Below are positions 38,892-47,479 of a stretch of 52,971 bases of DNA, piece after piece. The notes under the pieces were generated by a model, which was not told the DNA's origin, did no database searches, and saw nothing but the letters and a program-made list of their open reading frames with translations. A program made the translations under genes and the position numbers. Origin of the DNA: an uncultured Holophagales bacterium (GTDB lineage: Bacteria; Acidobacteriota; Thermoanaerobaculia; UBA5066); assembly GCA_937927565.1 (NCBI GenBank), contig CALBDV010000877.1:1-52971 (forward strand), read 5' to 3'. Every line of letters starts with the position of its first letter. The stretch's first letter is position 1.

Positions 38892-39055
38892 TTGGATTGG
38901 CGGCGCGTTTCCGTTTCGCAAACAGCCCTGCGAAAGGGCTTCTGGCACACCCCTCGGTCCGGTTGTGTGAGCGATGTCTCATATCGAGTCCAGGGGTGGA
39001 TCATTTCGGCACCAGGTCTACCAGAATGGCACCGGCCGGCCTGAGACTCGTGGGG

Positions 39056-39505
39056 TCAGGTGACGGGGAGGAGAGTCGAGTCTTTCTTTATCGAGAGGGA
39101 GAGATCGACCCGTGTCCGGACGACGCCCCGGATCGTCTGGATTCGTTCCCTGAGAACGGCCTCGAGCTGCTCCAGATCTCGTGCGCGGACCTTCAGGCGG
39201 TAGCCGTAGTCCCCGGAGATCGCATAGCACTCCTGGACCGAAAGGAGATTCTCGATCTCGTCGAGGAAGGTGCGTTCGAAGCTCGGATGCTCGAGCTGGA
39301 CGTCGACGTGCGCGACCGCGGCCATGCCGACCTGCCGAGGGTCGAGCAGCGCGGTGAAGCGCCGGATGAACCCTCGGGTCTCGAGCTTCTTGATCCGCTC
39401 GTTGACCGAGGGTGTCGTCAGACCGACGTTCTCAGCGATGCGAGCCTGGGAGATCTTCCCGTCGCGCTGGAGCATGTCGAGGATCTGGCGATCGATCTCA
39501 TCCAT
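39056..39505 (-). CDS. Lrp/AsnC-family transcriptional regulator
   Basis: 149 aa. MDEIDRQILDMLQRDGKISQARIAENVGLTTPSVNERIKKLE is the HTH region, followed by a RAM/ACT-like C-terminal domain. Confidence 0.9.
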   Translation of the reverse strand: MDEIDRQILDMLQRDGKISQARIAENVGLTTPSVNERIKKLETRGFIRRFTALLDPRQVGMAAVAHVDVQLEHPSFERTFLDEIENLLSVQECYAISGDYGYRLKVRARDLEQLEAVLRERIQTIRGVVRTRVDLSLSIKKDSTLLPVT

Positions 39506-39537
39506 AAAAAATTCGGGGAGGTAGCGAAACCTCCGAA
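39506..39537 (-). terminator. hairpin + U6 (terminator/attenuator-like) between glgC stop and the lrp start codon
   Basis: Minus-strand RNA: UUCGGAGGU-UUCGCU-ACCUCCCCGAA-UUUUUU-AUG(lrp). The stem is 6 bp plus 3 bp with a 2-nt bulge. The U-run ends directly at the lrp AUG. Confidence 0.4.
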
Positions 39538-39577
39538 CTTTATATGGAGATACGTGACTATTTGCAAGCCTTTTTGA

Positions 39578-40849
39578 TCAGGGTGGAGGAACTACAACGC
39601 CCTTTGGAAGAACGACAACGCCTCCCTCCGAGACGTGGAACCGCTTCCGGTCGCTCTCCGGGTCGAACCCGATCTCCGTATGGGGCGGGATCTTGACCCC
39701 CTTGTCGACGATGACCTTCCGCAACCGCGAGTGGCGCCCCACGTCGACGCCGTCCATCAGAATGCTCTCCTCGACGCGCGAGTAGGAGTTGATCCTGACG
39801 CGCGGGAAGAGGATCGACCGGTGGACGGTGCCACCGGAGAGGATGCAACCGTCGGCGACCATGGAGTCGGTCGCGACGCCCGTCCGGTTCGAGGCCGGAT
39901 CGGCGAAGACGAACTTGGCCGGGGGCAGGTGCGGCGACAGGGTCTTCAACGCCCACCTGGCGTTGTAGAGGTTCAACGGGGGGGTCACCGAGATCAGGTC
40001 CATCGACGCCTCCCAGTAGGAGTCGACGGTTCCGATGTCGCGCCAGTAGGGGGCGAGCTCCTCGTCGCCGGGAACGCTGCTCAGGGAGAAGTCGTAGGCG
40101 TAGACGGAGGCGCCGCCCGAGAGGAGGGCCGGGATGATCGTCTTGCCGAAATCGTGCGAGGTGTCCTGCAGGGCGTCGTTCTCGAGGCCTTCCCGCAGCA
40201 CCTTCGGCCGGAAGATGTAGTTTCCCATCGAGGCGAGGGCGAAGCCCGGGGCGCCGGGAATCTCCCGCGGGCTCTTCGGCTTCTCCTCGAAGCCGGTCAC
40301 GCGCCCCCGTTCGTCGACCTCGAGGACTCCGAATCGCGAGGCTTCCGCGAGCGGGACGGGGAAAGCGGCGATCGTCAGGTCGTGATCTCCGTCCTCGTGG
40401 AGCGCGAGCATCGGGTTCACGTCCATGACGTAGACGTGATCGCCGCCGAAGACGCAGACCTGGGACGGCTCCTCGTCGAAGATGAGGTCGAGGTTCTGGT
40501 AGACGGCGTCGGCCGTGCCCCTGAACCAGTGAGGCCCGCGCCGCATCTGGGCGGGGACCGGGTCGACGAACTGGCCGATCTCCGGGTTCAGGCGCCACGC
40601 CCGGACGAGGTGCTCGATGAGGGAGTTCGACTTGAACTGCGTGAGCACCTTGATCTTCATCAGCCCCGAATTGACGAGGTTGTTGAGGACGAAGTCGACG
40701 ATCCGGTACCGGCCGCCGAACGGGACCGCCGGCTTGGCGCGGTCGCGCGTGAGCGGATAGAGGCGCTCTCCCATCCCACCGGCCAGGACGATCGAAAGGA
40801 CGTCGCGGTGCTGGAGGATCTTCAAGGGGGACCTCGTGGTTCCGCCCAT
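39578..40849 (-). CDS. glgC: glucose-1-phosphate adenylyltransferase
   Basis: 423 aa. [32 protein letters not shown], plus a C-terminal left-handed beta-helix region. Confidence 0.95.
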   Translation of the reverse strand: MGGTTRSPLKILQHRDVLSIVLAGGMGERLYPLTRDRAKPAVPFGGRYRIVDFVLNNLVNSGLMKIKVLTQFKSNSLIEHLVRAWRLNPEIGQFVDPVPAQMRRGPHWFRGTADAVYQNLDLIFDEEPSQVCVFGGDHVYVMDVNPMLALHEDGDHDLTIAAFPVPLAEASRFGVLEVDERGRVTGFEEKPKSPREIPGAPGFALASMGNYIFRPKVLREGLENDALQDTSHDFGKTIIPALLSGGASVYAYDFSLSSVPGDEELAPYWRDIGTVDSYWEASMDLISVTPPLNLYNARWALKTLSPHLPPAKFVFADPASNRTGVATDSMVADGCILSGGTVHRSILFPRVRINSYSRVEESILMDGVDVGRHSRLRKVIVDKGVKIPPHTEIGFDPESDRKRFHVSEGGVVVLPKGVVVPPP

Positions 40850-40911
40850 TCTAGAGGCCGCGGAAGCAAAGTGCCCGTCCGGACGCTGCCGTTTCCCCTA
40901 TTCTCTCCGGT

Positions 40912-41937
40912 ATGGCGATGAAGGATCCGTACGAGGTCCTCGGCGTTTCACGCACGGCGAGCGACGCGGAGATCAAGAAGGCGTACCGGCGCCTCGCGAG
41001 GAAGTCCCACCCGGACGTGAACCTCGGCGACGCCGGAGCGCACAAGCGCTTCCAGGAGGTCGCGGCCGCCTACGAGATCCTCAAGGATCCGAGGAAGAAG
41101 GAGCGGTACGACCGCTTCGGAGACACCGGCGAAGCGCCCGAACCCTCCGCCGGGCCGCCCCGCGGCGGGCCCTGGGCGCAGCAGGGGCCGTTCGGTCGGG
41201 ACTTCCGCAAGACGCCGCCCGGAGGGGCTGCGCCCGGCGGGGGTGGCTTCCGATGGTCGGGAGACGTCTCCGATCTCTTCTCCGACCTCTTCTCGGGAGG
41301 AGGCGCCGGGATCGGCCTCGGCGAGGACGAGGACGCCGCCGCCGCCATCACCATCCCGTTCCGCGATGCCGTCCTCGGTGGCACCGTTTCGTTCTCGGCA
41401 CGCATTCCGCGCCGCTGCTCCCGCTGCCGCGGGACCGGGCACGTATCGAAGGCGGCCTGCCCGGCCTGCCACGGCTCGGGCTCGCTCGTCGAGACGGAGA
41501 GCCTGACGGTCCGCATTCCCGCAGGCGTCGACACCGGTGCGCGCATCCGGGTCCCGGGCAAGGGCCGGACGGAGAACGGGGATCTCTACCTCGCGATCAC
41601 CGTCGAGAAGCACCCGTACTTCAGTCGCGAAGGCGACGACATCGTCGCCGAGGTCCCGGTCACCGTCCCCGAGGCCTACCTCGGCGCCGACATCGAGGTG
41701 CCCACCGTGAAGGGGCCGGTCCGGGCACGGATTCCCGCCGGGACGGTCTCGGGACAGAGGTTTCGGCTGAAGGGGCGGGGCATCGAGAACCTCCGCACCG
41801 GCACGACGGGCGACCACTACTACCGCGTCCGCGTCGTCGTGCCGACCGTCCAGACCGAGGAGGGCCGTCACCTCGTCGAGGCGCTCGGAAAGCTCTACAC
41901 CCGGGACCTCCGCGCCGACCTGCCCAGGGGACTCTAG
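40912..41937 (+). CDS. DnaJ-family co-chaperone with a reduced (single-centre) zinc finger
   Basis: 341 aa. J domain DPYEVLGVSRTASDAEIKKAYRRLARKSHPDVN (HPD motif). Gly/Pro-rich linker. Only two CxxCxGxG motifs (CSRCRGTG, CPACHGSG). DnaJ C-terminal beta domains. Confidence 0.85.
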   Translation: MAMKDPYEVLGVSRTASDAEIKKAYRRLARKSHPDVNLGDAGAHKRFQEVAAAYEILKDPRKKERYDRFGDTGEAPEPSAGPPRGGPWAQQGPFGRDFRKTPPGGAAPGGGGFRWSGDVSDLFSDLFSGGGAGIGLGEDEDAAAAITIPFRDAVLGGTVSFSARIPRRCSRCRGTGHVSKAACPACHGSGSLVETESLTVRIPAGVDTGARIRVPGKGRTENGDLYLAITVEKHPYFSREGDDIVAEVPVTVPEAYLGADIEVPTVKGPVRARIPAGTVSGQRFRLKGRGIENLRTGTTGDHYYRVRVVVPTVQTEEGRHLVEALGKLYTRDLRADLPRGL

Positions 41938-41945
41938 AAAAGCGA

Positions 41946-41969
41946 AACGCCCCGGCGGACCGGGGCGTT
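41946..41969 (-). terminator. intrinsic terminator for the XRE-TPR-secreted protein operon (possibly bidirectional)
   Basis: AACGCCCCGG-CGGA-CCGGGGCGTT is a perfect 10-bp stem. On the minus strand it is followed by UCGCUUUUCU. Confidence 0.6.
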
Positions 41970-41992
41970 CGAGGACCGGCAGCGGGCCGGCG

Positions 41993-43093
41993 TCAGTTCT
42001 TCTCTGCGAGAGCCTTCACGAGGGCGGCGGCCTTCTCCGCGGAGAAATCGGGCCGCAGGGCGAGGCGCCGCGGCAGCGCGCCCTCGGGGTCGTCGGACCT
42101 CACGAAGCGCAGCGCGCCCTGGTCCACCCAGTGGAAGGTCGTGACGCCCGCCTGCGAGATCGTGGCGCCGACCTCCGAGGAAGTGGTCATGTTCAGTGGA
42201 ATCCGCCCGCCGCCGCCCGAGCGGCCGATCGGGACATAGCCGCGAGCCCAATCCTCGTCCGGAACCTTGGTGGAGCCCGGAGGAGAGATCTTGACGAGGT
42301 CGTCGGGGAAGCCGATGCGAAGGACCTGCTGCGTGCGCGTGAAGAGGTTCGCGAACGTCACGAGGATGCCGCCGTTCGACGCCGGATCGGCCTGGATGCC
42401 GGGGTGCGAATAGGCCGACGCCGGATAGCCGCTGGAATCCGTCGGTCCTTCCGCGCCCGCGAGCGCGTTCAGGTTCCAGGCCTGCACGGAATCTGTCCGG
42501 AGCTCGCCGTCCTCGACGAAGATGGGTGCGTACCGGGCCTGCGACGGTCCGCTCTCCTCCCACCAGACCAGGGAGAAGATCGACCGGGTCTTCGTGACGA
42601 TCGCCCCGTCCTCGCCGAAGGTGGTGTAGCGCTGCCGGGTCACGACGACCTTCGGGTTGATCGAGAGGTAGAACTGGCCGGCGTTCGAGAGAATGTCCTG
42701 CGCGTACCAGGCCCCGTTGCGGCGCACCGCGACGTGCATGTCGGCCGCGATGCCGCGGGACTTCGTGAAGGCGACGAAGAGCGTTCCGGTCGTCTCCTCG
42801 AACTCGACCGAGACGGAGCCCTCGCGTTCGTAGTCGGCCGTGCCGTCGATCAGCTCGAGCCGGGACGGCTGGCCTGAAGGGGAGATGCGGAGAGCGAGGG
42901 CCGGCATCGTCGTTTCGGGCGCGCCGCCGGGAAGCGGGATGAGGTCGCCGTAGTTCGCCGGGAAAACCTCGTAGAGAGTGCCGTCCGCCGCCACCACCGC
43001 GCTGTCGGCAAGGGCCGGAGCGCCGAGGAGGGCTCCTGCGAAAGCGACGGCCGCGACGAGGGCGCGGAAGAGGGCGAGACGCGAACGACTCAT
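41993..43093 (-). CDS. secreted hypothetical protein (366 aa)
   Basis: Track ORF 41993..43102. I prefer ATG 43093 (GAGGTG Shine-Dalgarno about 7 nt upstream); GTG 43102 is the alternative. Signal peptide MSRSRLALFRALVAAVAFAGALLGAPALA. Beta-rich sequence with no motif I recognise. Confidence 0.75.
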   Translation of the reverse strand: MSRSRLALFRALVAAVAFAGALLGAPALADSAVVAADGTLYEVFPANYGDLIPLPGGAPETTMPALALRISPSGQPSRLELIDGTADYEREGSVSVEFEETTGTLFVAFTKSRGIAADMHVAVRRNGAWYAQDILSNAGQFYLSINPKVVVTRQRYTTFGEDGAIVTKTRSIFSLVWWEESGPSQARYAPIFVEDGELRTDSVQAWNLNALAGAEGPTDSSGYPASAYSHPGIQADPASNGGILVTFANLFTRTQQVLRIGFPDDLVKISPPGSTKVPDEDWARGYVPIGRSGGGGRIPLNMTTSSEVGATISQAGVTTFHWVDQGALRFVRSDDPEGALPRRLALRPDFSAEKAAALVKALAEKN

Positions 43094-43103
43094 GACGCTC
43101 ACC

Positions 43104-44045
43104 TCACGATCGGAGATTGATGACGTTCCGGAAGTCGAAGGCCTCGAGGTAGGCCCTCAGGTTCCGGAAGTCGGGGTAGAGGGAAGCGAGGCGGTCGAAA
43201 TAGTCGCGGGCGGCATCCTCGTCGCCGCCGAGGTGGCAGGCTTCGCCGAGTAGGTAGAGGACGTTCCTCTCGACAGTGTCGTCGCCCCGAAGTGGCGCGC
43301 GCTCGAGGCACTCTTCTCCGAAGTAGCGAGCCTCTTCGTAGCGGTCGCCCTTCAGGTAGCCGAAGCAGAGGTCCATGAGAGGGAACACAGTGTGGGCGGT
43401 GGCGCCGGCCCTCTCCATCGTCTCGAGGGCGTCGAGGACTAGCGGAAGCCCTTCCGACGTGCGGTCGAGGGCGATGAGACAGTAGCCGAGGTTGTCCTGC
43501 CAAACGGCGCGGAACACGGGAGAGACGCGGGCGGGCGGCGCCGAGACCTCAAGTGCGCGCCGGTAGCACTCAGCCGCCTCGTCGAAGCGGCAGTCAACGG
43601 CGAGGAGCGTTCCCTGCGTACTCTCGGCGCCGGCGAGGAAGAGCGGATCGCCAATCTCGGCGGCACGCTCCAAGGCGAGGCGCACGTAGGTCGCCGCCTT
43701 GCGGAAGTCGCGTTTCAGCTCGTAGATTCGCCCCGTCGTCATCGCCGCGCGGAAGGCGGTCTGGCCCTCCCGCCCGCGGAGGAGGATCCTCTTCAGCTCG
43801 ACGAGCTCGCTCTCCGCAGGGCCGGCCTCGGCCGCCGCAGCGGCCCGGCAGGAGTAGATCCAGTCGACGAAGGCGGCGTCGTCCGTCCGGCGGGCCGAGT
43901 CAAGCGCCTCGTCGTACCTCGCCAGAGAGGCGGCGAACTCGCCCTTCTCTAGGAGTACGAGGGCTTCCGAGCGCAGCCCCTCGGACCGGCTCCGGAGCGT
44001 CGCGTCGTCGCAGGGGGAAGCGGTCATCTCGTCTCTCGTACTCAC
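43104..44045 (-). CDS. cytoplasmic TPR-repeat protein
   Basis: 313 aa with no signal peptide. Repeated about 34-aa helical pattern (ARYDEALDSA, AATYVRLALERA, AAECYRRALEV, EARYFGEECLERA, AARDYFDRLASLYP). GTG start overlaps the XRE stop (GTGA). Confidence 0.8.
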   Translation of the reverse strand: MSTRDEMTASPCDDATLRSRSEGLRSEALVLLEKGEFAASLARYDEALDSARRTDDAAFVDWIYSCRAAAAAEAGPAESELVELKRILLRGREGQTAFRAAMTTGRIYELKRDFRKAATYVRLALERAAEIGDPLFLAGAESTQGTLLAVDCRFDEAAECYRRALEVSAPPARVSPVFRAVWQDNLGYCLIALDRTSEGLPLVLDALETMERAGATAHTVFPLMDLCFGYLKGDRYEEARYFGEECLERAPLRGDDTVERNVLYLLGEACHLGGDEDAARDYFDRLASLYPDFRNLRAYLEAFDFRNVINLRS

Positions 44046-44524
44046 TCGGGGCGGCCCGATCCGGCGGGGCGCCCGAACGGGAGGAGCGGGCCGGCGGGGG
44101 CCGGCTCTGATTCAACGGGGGCCTCTTCGGGCCGCCACCGCGGCTGACGGTTCTGCTGCTGGATCTTCTTGAAGGCTATGAAGTCGCGCACTTCGTGGCG
44201 CGAGCTCTCGTCCAGCTCCTCGAAGTCGGCAACCAGCAGCTGCGTCTCCGTGGCGGCGTCGGGCGGCGCGACCTCTTCGACGTCTCCGGCATCGGTGGCC
44301 GGTTCCTCGAAGAAGTGGCTCATCGAAAGCTCGAAGACCTGGAGGATCCTGAAGAGGGTGTCGAGGCCGACCTTGTATTCGCCGTTCTCCATCCGCGAGA
44401 GGTCGGACTGCGTCACGCCGATCCGGCCGGCGAGGTCGGCCTGGGTCAGGCGGCGGCTCTTCCGTATTTGACGGATCTTTTGCCCGACCACGATAATCTG
44501 CGAACGGCGCACGGTGGCACTCAT
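44042..44524 (-). CDS. XRE-family helix-turn-helix transcriptional regulator
   Basis: Last 160 aa of track ORF 44042..45013, from ATG 44524. HTH region: IRQIRKSRRLTQADLAGRIGVTQSDLSRMENGE. Acidic and Pro-rich C-terminal tail. Confidence 0.85.
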   Translation of the reverse strand: MSATVRRSQIIVVGQKIRQIRKSRRLTQADLAGRIGVTQSDLSRMENGEYKVGLDTLFRILQVFELSMSHFFEEPATDAGDVEEVAPPDAATETQLLVADFEELDESSRHEVRDFIAFKKIQQQNRQPRWRPEEAPVESEPAPAGPLLPFGRPAGSGRPE

Positions 44525-44608
44525 CGACACGTACTCGAAGCTAAGATTAGGCTCTCCCCGGTCCCTGTCAAGTGAATCCTCGGTACCTGCGAGCGCCTTG
44601 CGCCCCTC

Positions 44609-45376
44609 TTGAGACGAAACCTGTTCCTCCTGTCCGAGCTCGTCCGCCGCGACCTTTCGGTCCGGTATGCGGGCAGTTTCGGCGGCGCCGCCTGGGCGCT
44701 CCTCAATCCGCTCATCCTGTGCGGCCTCTACAGCCTCGTCTTCTCTCTCATCGTTCGGATCGCGCCCCCTGCCGATTTCCGGGGGACCTACACCGAGTTC
44801 CTCCTGGCAGGTCTCCTTCCCTGGCTCGGCCTTCAGGATGCCCTGGTCCGGAGCGCGTCGGCGGTGACCGACCAGGCACACCTCGTCAAGAAGATGTCGT
44901 TTCCGGTCGGGCTCCTCGTCGTGGCGAGTCTCCTCTCGGCCCTCGTCCTCCAGGCAGCGGGACTCTGCGTCTTCGCGATCCTGTCCGGCGGTTTCGGCGC
45001 AGGGGAGATCCACCTCCTGCCGCTCGCCCTCGGTTTCGCCTTCCAGGCGCTCCTGCTTTCTGGCCCCGCCTTTGCTTTAGCTGCCGCCAACGTGCTGTTT
45101 CGAGATCTCGCCCAGCTGATCGGCCCTCTGCTGACGGTCGTCTTCTATATGACCCCGATCCTCTACCCGGAGTCCGCCGTTCCGCCGGCCCTGGCCTGGG
45201 CGCTCGACGCCAATCCCGTCCGGGGCGTCGTGGGGCTCTTTCGGGCAGGCCTAATTGGCACCGAGGCGCCTCCCTTGGAGCGAATCCTCCCCTGGGTGGC
45301 TGTTTTCGCCGTGCTAGCATTTCTCGGGCGTCGGCTTTTCGAGCGGAGCCGGAAGAGCTTCGCCGATGTCCTCTGA
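44609..45376 (+). CDS. ABC-2 type (Wzm/TagG-like) polysaccharide-export permease
   Basis: 255 aa with a TTG start. ELVRRDLSVRYAGSFGGAAWALLNPL is the hallmark N-terminal motif. Six TM segments. No ATPase partner nearby. Confidence 0.85.
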   Translation: MRRNLFLLSELVRRDLSVRYAGSFGGAAWALLNPLILCGLYSLVFSLIVRIAPPADFRGTYTEFLLAGLLPWLGLQDALVRSASAVTDQAHLVKKMSFPVGLLVVASLLSALVLQAAGLCVFAILSGGFGAGEIHLLPLALGFAFQALLLSGPAFALAAANVLFRDLAQLIGPLLTVVFYMTPILYPESAVPPALAWALDANPVRGVVGLFRAGLIGTEAPPLERILPWVAVFAVLAFLGRRLFERSRKSFADVL

Positions 45377-45449
45377 AGAGCGGCGCCCAGGTCTCCACCG
45401 GACCCCGGGCCTGAATCCGGGGTTTCTCCGCGTCTCATCAGGAGTTACC

Positions 45450-47198
45450 GTGAAAAGACTCGTTCTCGTCCTCCCTCTGTCTCTCCTCGTCGCGGCGGGC
45501 TGCTCGTCGTCGCCGAAGGCTGAAGCCCCTCCCGCGTCGGCGAAGGCCGAGCCCGGTGCGCCCTCGCCCGAGGTGGTGGAGAGGGAGCGCCAGCTGGCCG
45601 ACCAGGCTCGCCTCCTGATGGGCCTTCCGCCCTCGAACGCCGAGAACCAGGACGAGGGCCGCCAGGAGTGGATCATCTTCGAGGACGAGGCCACGGGGAA
45701 GAAGCTCCAGCGCATCCCGAAGCACCAGACGATCATGCTCGTCGACGGAAAGGTCCGGCACGCGATGCTGCCGCGGAGCTCGCCGGGCCTCCAGCTCGTG
45801 CGCGAAGACGAGCAGTACTACTACGTCGCCGCGGTGGAGCCGGTCCGGCCGTCCACCCCCGCCGGCGCCGAAGCGCCTCCCGAGGGCCTCCAGAAGATCG
45901 TCGAGCTTCCGCCCGAGGAGTACGAGCCCGTGACGCCGGCTCCTTCCCGCATCCGGCTGTCCTTCGAGGAGAAGTCCGAGGGCCTGCCGACGAGCGGTTT
46001 CTGGCGGTCGAACATGGCCGTGGCCGACATGGACGGGGACGGCCGCCCTGAGATCGTCGCGACGCCTCCGCGTCTCGCCGTGGGCGGGTTCCGTATCTTC
46101 CGGTTCGACGGTGCCGGCTGGGCAGCCGTCGACCCCCGGTTCGAGTCCGAGGAAGGGCTCGGCTTCGCGTACGGCGGGGTCGCCGTCGCCGACCTGAACG
46201 GTGATGGGAAGCCGGATGTTCTCTCGGCCGGTCACGGGGCCGGTCCCGTCGTGGCTTTCAACCAGGGAGGGTACCGATTCCGGGTCGAATCGCGAGGGCT
46301 GCCCACGGAGATGAGCTCCCGCGCGGTCGCCGCCGGGGACCTCGACGGGGATGGGAAGGTCGACGTCATCGCCCTCTCGGACGAGCCCGAAGCCTCGCGG
46401 ATGAAAGGGCCTGGGCAGCAGATGAAGCCGCCGTCGTCCGGGCCGCAGAAGGCCCCCGAGGCAGGAGCGTACGAGAAGGGCCACGACCTCCGCGTCTTCA
46501 TCGCCTCTCCCGACGGCCGCTACGAGCAGAATCTCAAGGGCCTCGAGAGCACCTGCTTCGGCTACAGCCTCGAGGTGACGGCCCCGGCCCCGGACGGCGG
46601 CAAGCCCTTCTTCGTCTCGGACTGCCGGCGGATCGGGGGGCGGACCGTCGTCTACGAGTGGGACCGCGCCGCGCGGTCGTCGGTCCTCCGGGGCCTCGAC
46701 ATTGCCGAGCGCTACAGCCTCCACGTGGGAGCGGCGCTGGGGAGCTACGCCGGCAAGCCCGCGGCGTACGTCGCCTACGCCAAGGGGAACCCCGCGGTTG
46801 CCTCCGCCAGGTCGATGAACGGCCACGGCGTCTCCATCTACTATCGAGAGGGAACGGACTGGAAGAGGAAGCGGCTGATCAAGGTCATCGAGGAGAAGGG
46901 GGGGACCGAGTCCAAGGGCCTCGGAGTCGGGGACCTCGACGGGGACGGCCGCGACGACCTCGTCTGGGCCGACGTCTCCACGGGCAGGGTCCGCGTCTTC
47001 TTCCAGACGGCTCGCGGGGAGTTCGAGGAGCTGGACCCCTCCCTCCAGCCGCGGTTCGTGAATCACTCCATGTCCGTCAAGGTCGTCGACGTCGACGGGG
47101 ACGGCCGGAACGACGTCGTTCTCATGTACGAGTACCGGTCCACCGACCGGACCCGGGCCGGGGGGCTCCGCTACTTCCGGAACCTCGGACCGGGCTGA
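45450..47198 (+). CDS. FG-GAP/VCBS-repeat lipoprotein
   Basis: Track ORF 45366..47198 trimmed to GTG 45450 (AGGAG 5 nt upstream). Lipobox LLVAAGCSS. At least five DxDGDG Ca-binding-like repeats: ADMDGDGRPEIV, ADLNGDGKPDVL, GDLDGDGKVDVI, GDLDGDGRDDLV, VDVDGDGRNDVV. Confidence 0.85.
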   Translation: MKRLVLVLPLSLLVAAGCSSSPKAEAPPASAKAEPGAPSPEVVERERQLADQARLLMGLPPSNAENQDEGRQEWIIFEDEATGKKLQRIPKHQTIMLVDGKVRHAMLPRSSPGLQLVREDEQYYYVAAVEPVRPSTPAGAEAPPEGLQKIVELPPEEYEPVTPAPSRIRLSFEEKSEGLPTSGFWRSNMAVADMDGDGRPEIVATPPRLAVGGFRIFRFDGAGWAAVDPRFESEEGLGFAYGGVAVADLNGDGKPDVLSAGHGAGPVVAFNQGGYRFRVESRGLPTEMSSRAVAAGDLDGDGKVDVIALSDEPEASRMKGPGQQMKPPSSGPQKAPEAGAYEKGHDLRVFIASPDGRYEQNLKGLESTCFGYSLEVTAPAPDGGKPFFVSDCRRIGGRTVVYEWDRAARSSVLRGLDIAERYSLHVGAALGSYAGKPAAYVAYAKGNPAVASARSMNGHGVSIYYREGTDWKRKRLIKVIEEKGGTESKGLGVGDLDGDGRDDLVWADVSTGRVRVFFQTARGEFEELDPSLQPRFVNHSMSVKVVDVDGDGRNDVVLMYEYRSTDRTRAGGLRYFRNLGPG

Positions 47199-47221
47199 GG
47201 TCCGGAAAAGGGGTGCCGAGA

Positions 47222-47235
47222 GGCGTATGGCGTAT
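47222..47235. repeat. tandem GGCGTAT x2; core GCGTAT recurs at 47323 and 47415
   Basis: GCGTAT occurs at 47223-47228, 47230-47235, 47323-47328 and 47415-47420. That is four copies of an A/T-containing hexamer within 200 nt of a GC-rich genome. Confidence 0.5.
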
Positions 47236-47259
47236 TCGCATATTTCTCTTCCCATTCTC

Positions 47260-47288
47260 TTGACTTTTCGGAATAGCGCCCCTACCCT
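47260..47288 (+). promoter_or_regulatory. sigma-70-like promoter candidate (TTGACT-17 nt-TACCCT)
   Basis: The -35 element is a 5/6 match, the spacer is 17 nt, and the -10 has the TAnnnT form. This would give a leader of about 185 nt for the gene at 47480. Confidence 0.3.
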
Positions 47289-47479
47289 TCGAGCAGCAGC
47301 ATGAGTGTGACCGCTTTCTCCTGCGTATTGGCCCGCCAGACAGGCTCTGCCGGTCGCAGGGTTGGTTTCGACCAGTCTTTTATCGAATACACGGGAGGTG
47401 ATTCGGTATCGGGGGCGTATCAGGCTCTCAGTCGTCGTCTTTTCCCATCGATCACATCGAATCAGCAGGAGTGGAAATA

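Noticed and set aside
38642-38970. Small ORFs in the long convergent spacer (82 aa +, 63 aa -, and the 5' end of a 159-aa minus ORF)
   Set aside because: They are Pro/Arg/Gly-rich with atypical codon usage and no start context. I treat the region as non-coding (possible RNA) rather than protein-coding.
38941-39045. Two plus-strand TGGCAC hexamers (38943 and 39027) that look like sigma-54 -24 boxes
   Set aside because: Neither is followed by a GC at the required +10 spacing (TCGG and GGCC instead of TTGC). Both point into the 3' end of a convergent gene.
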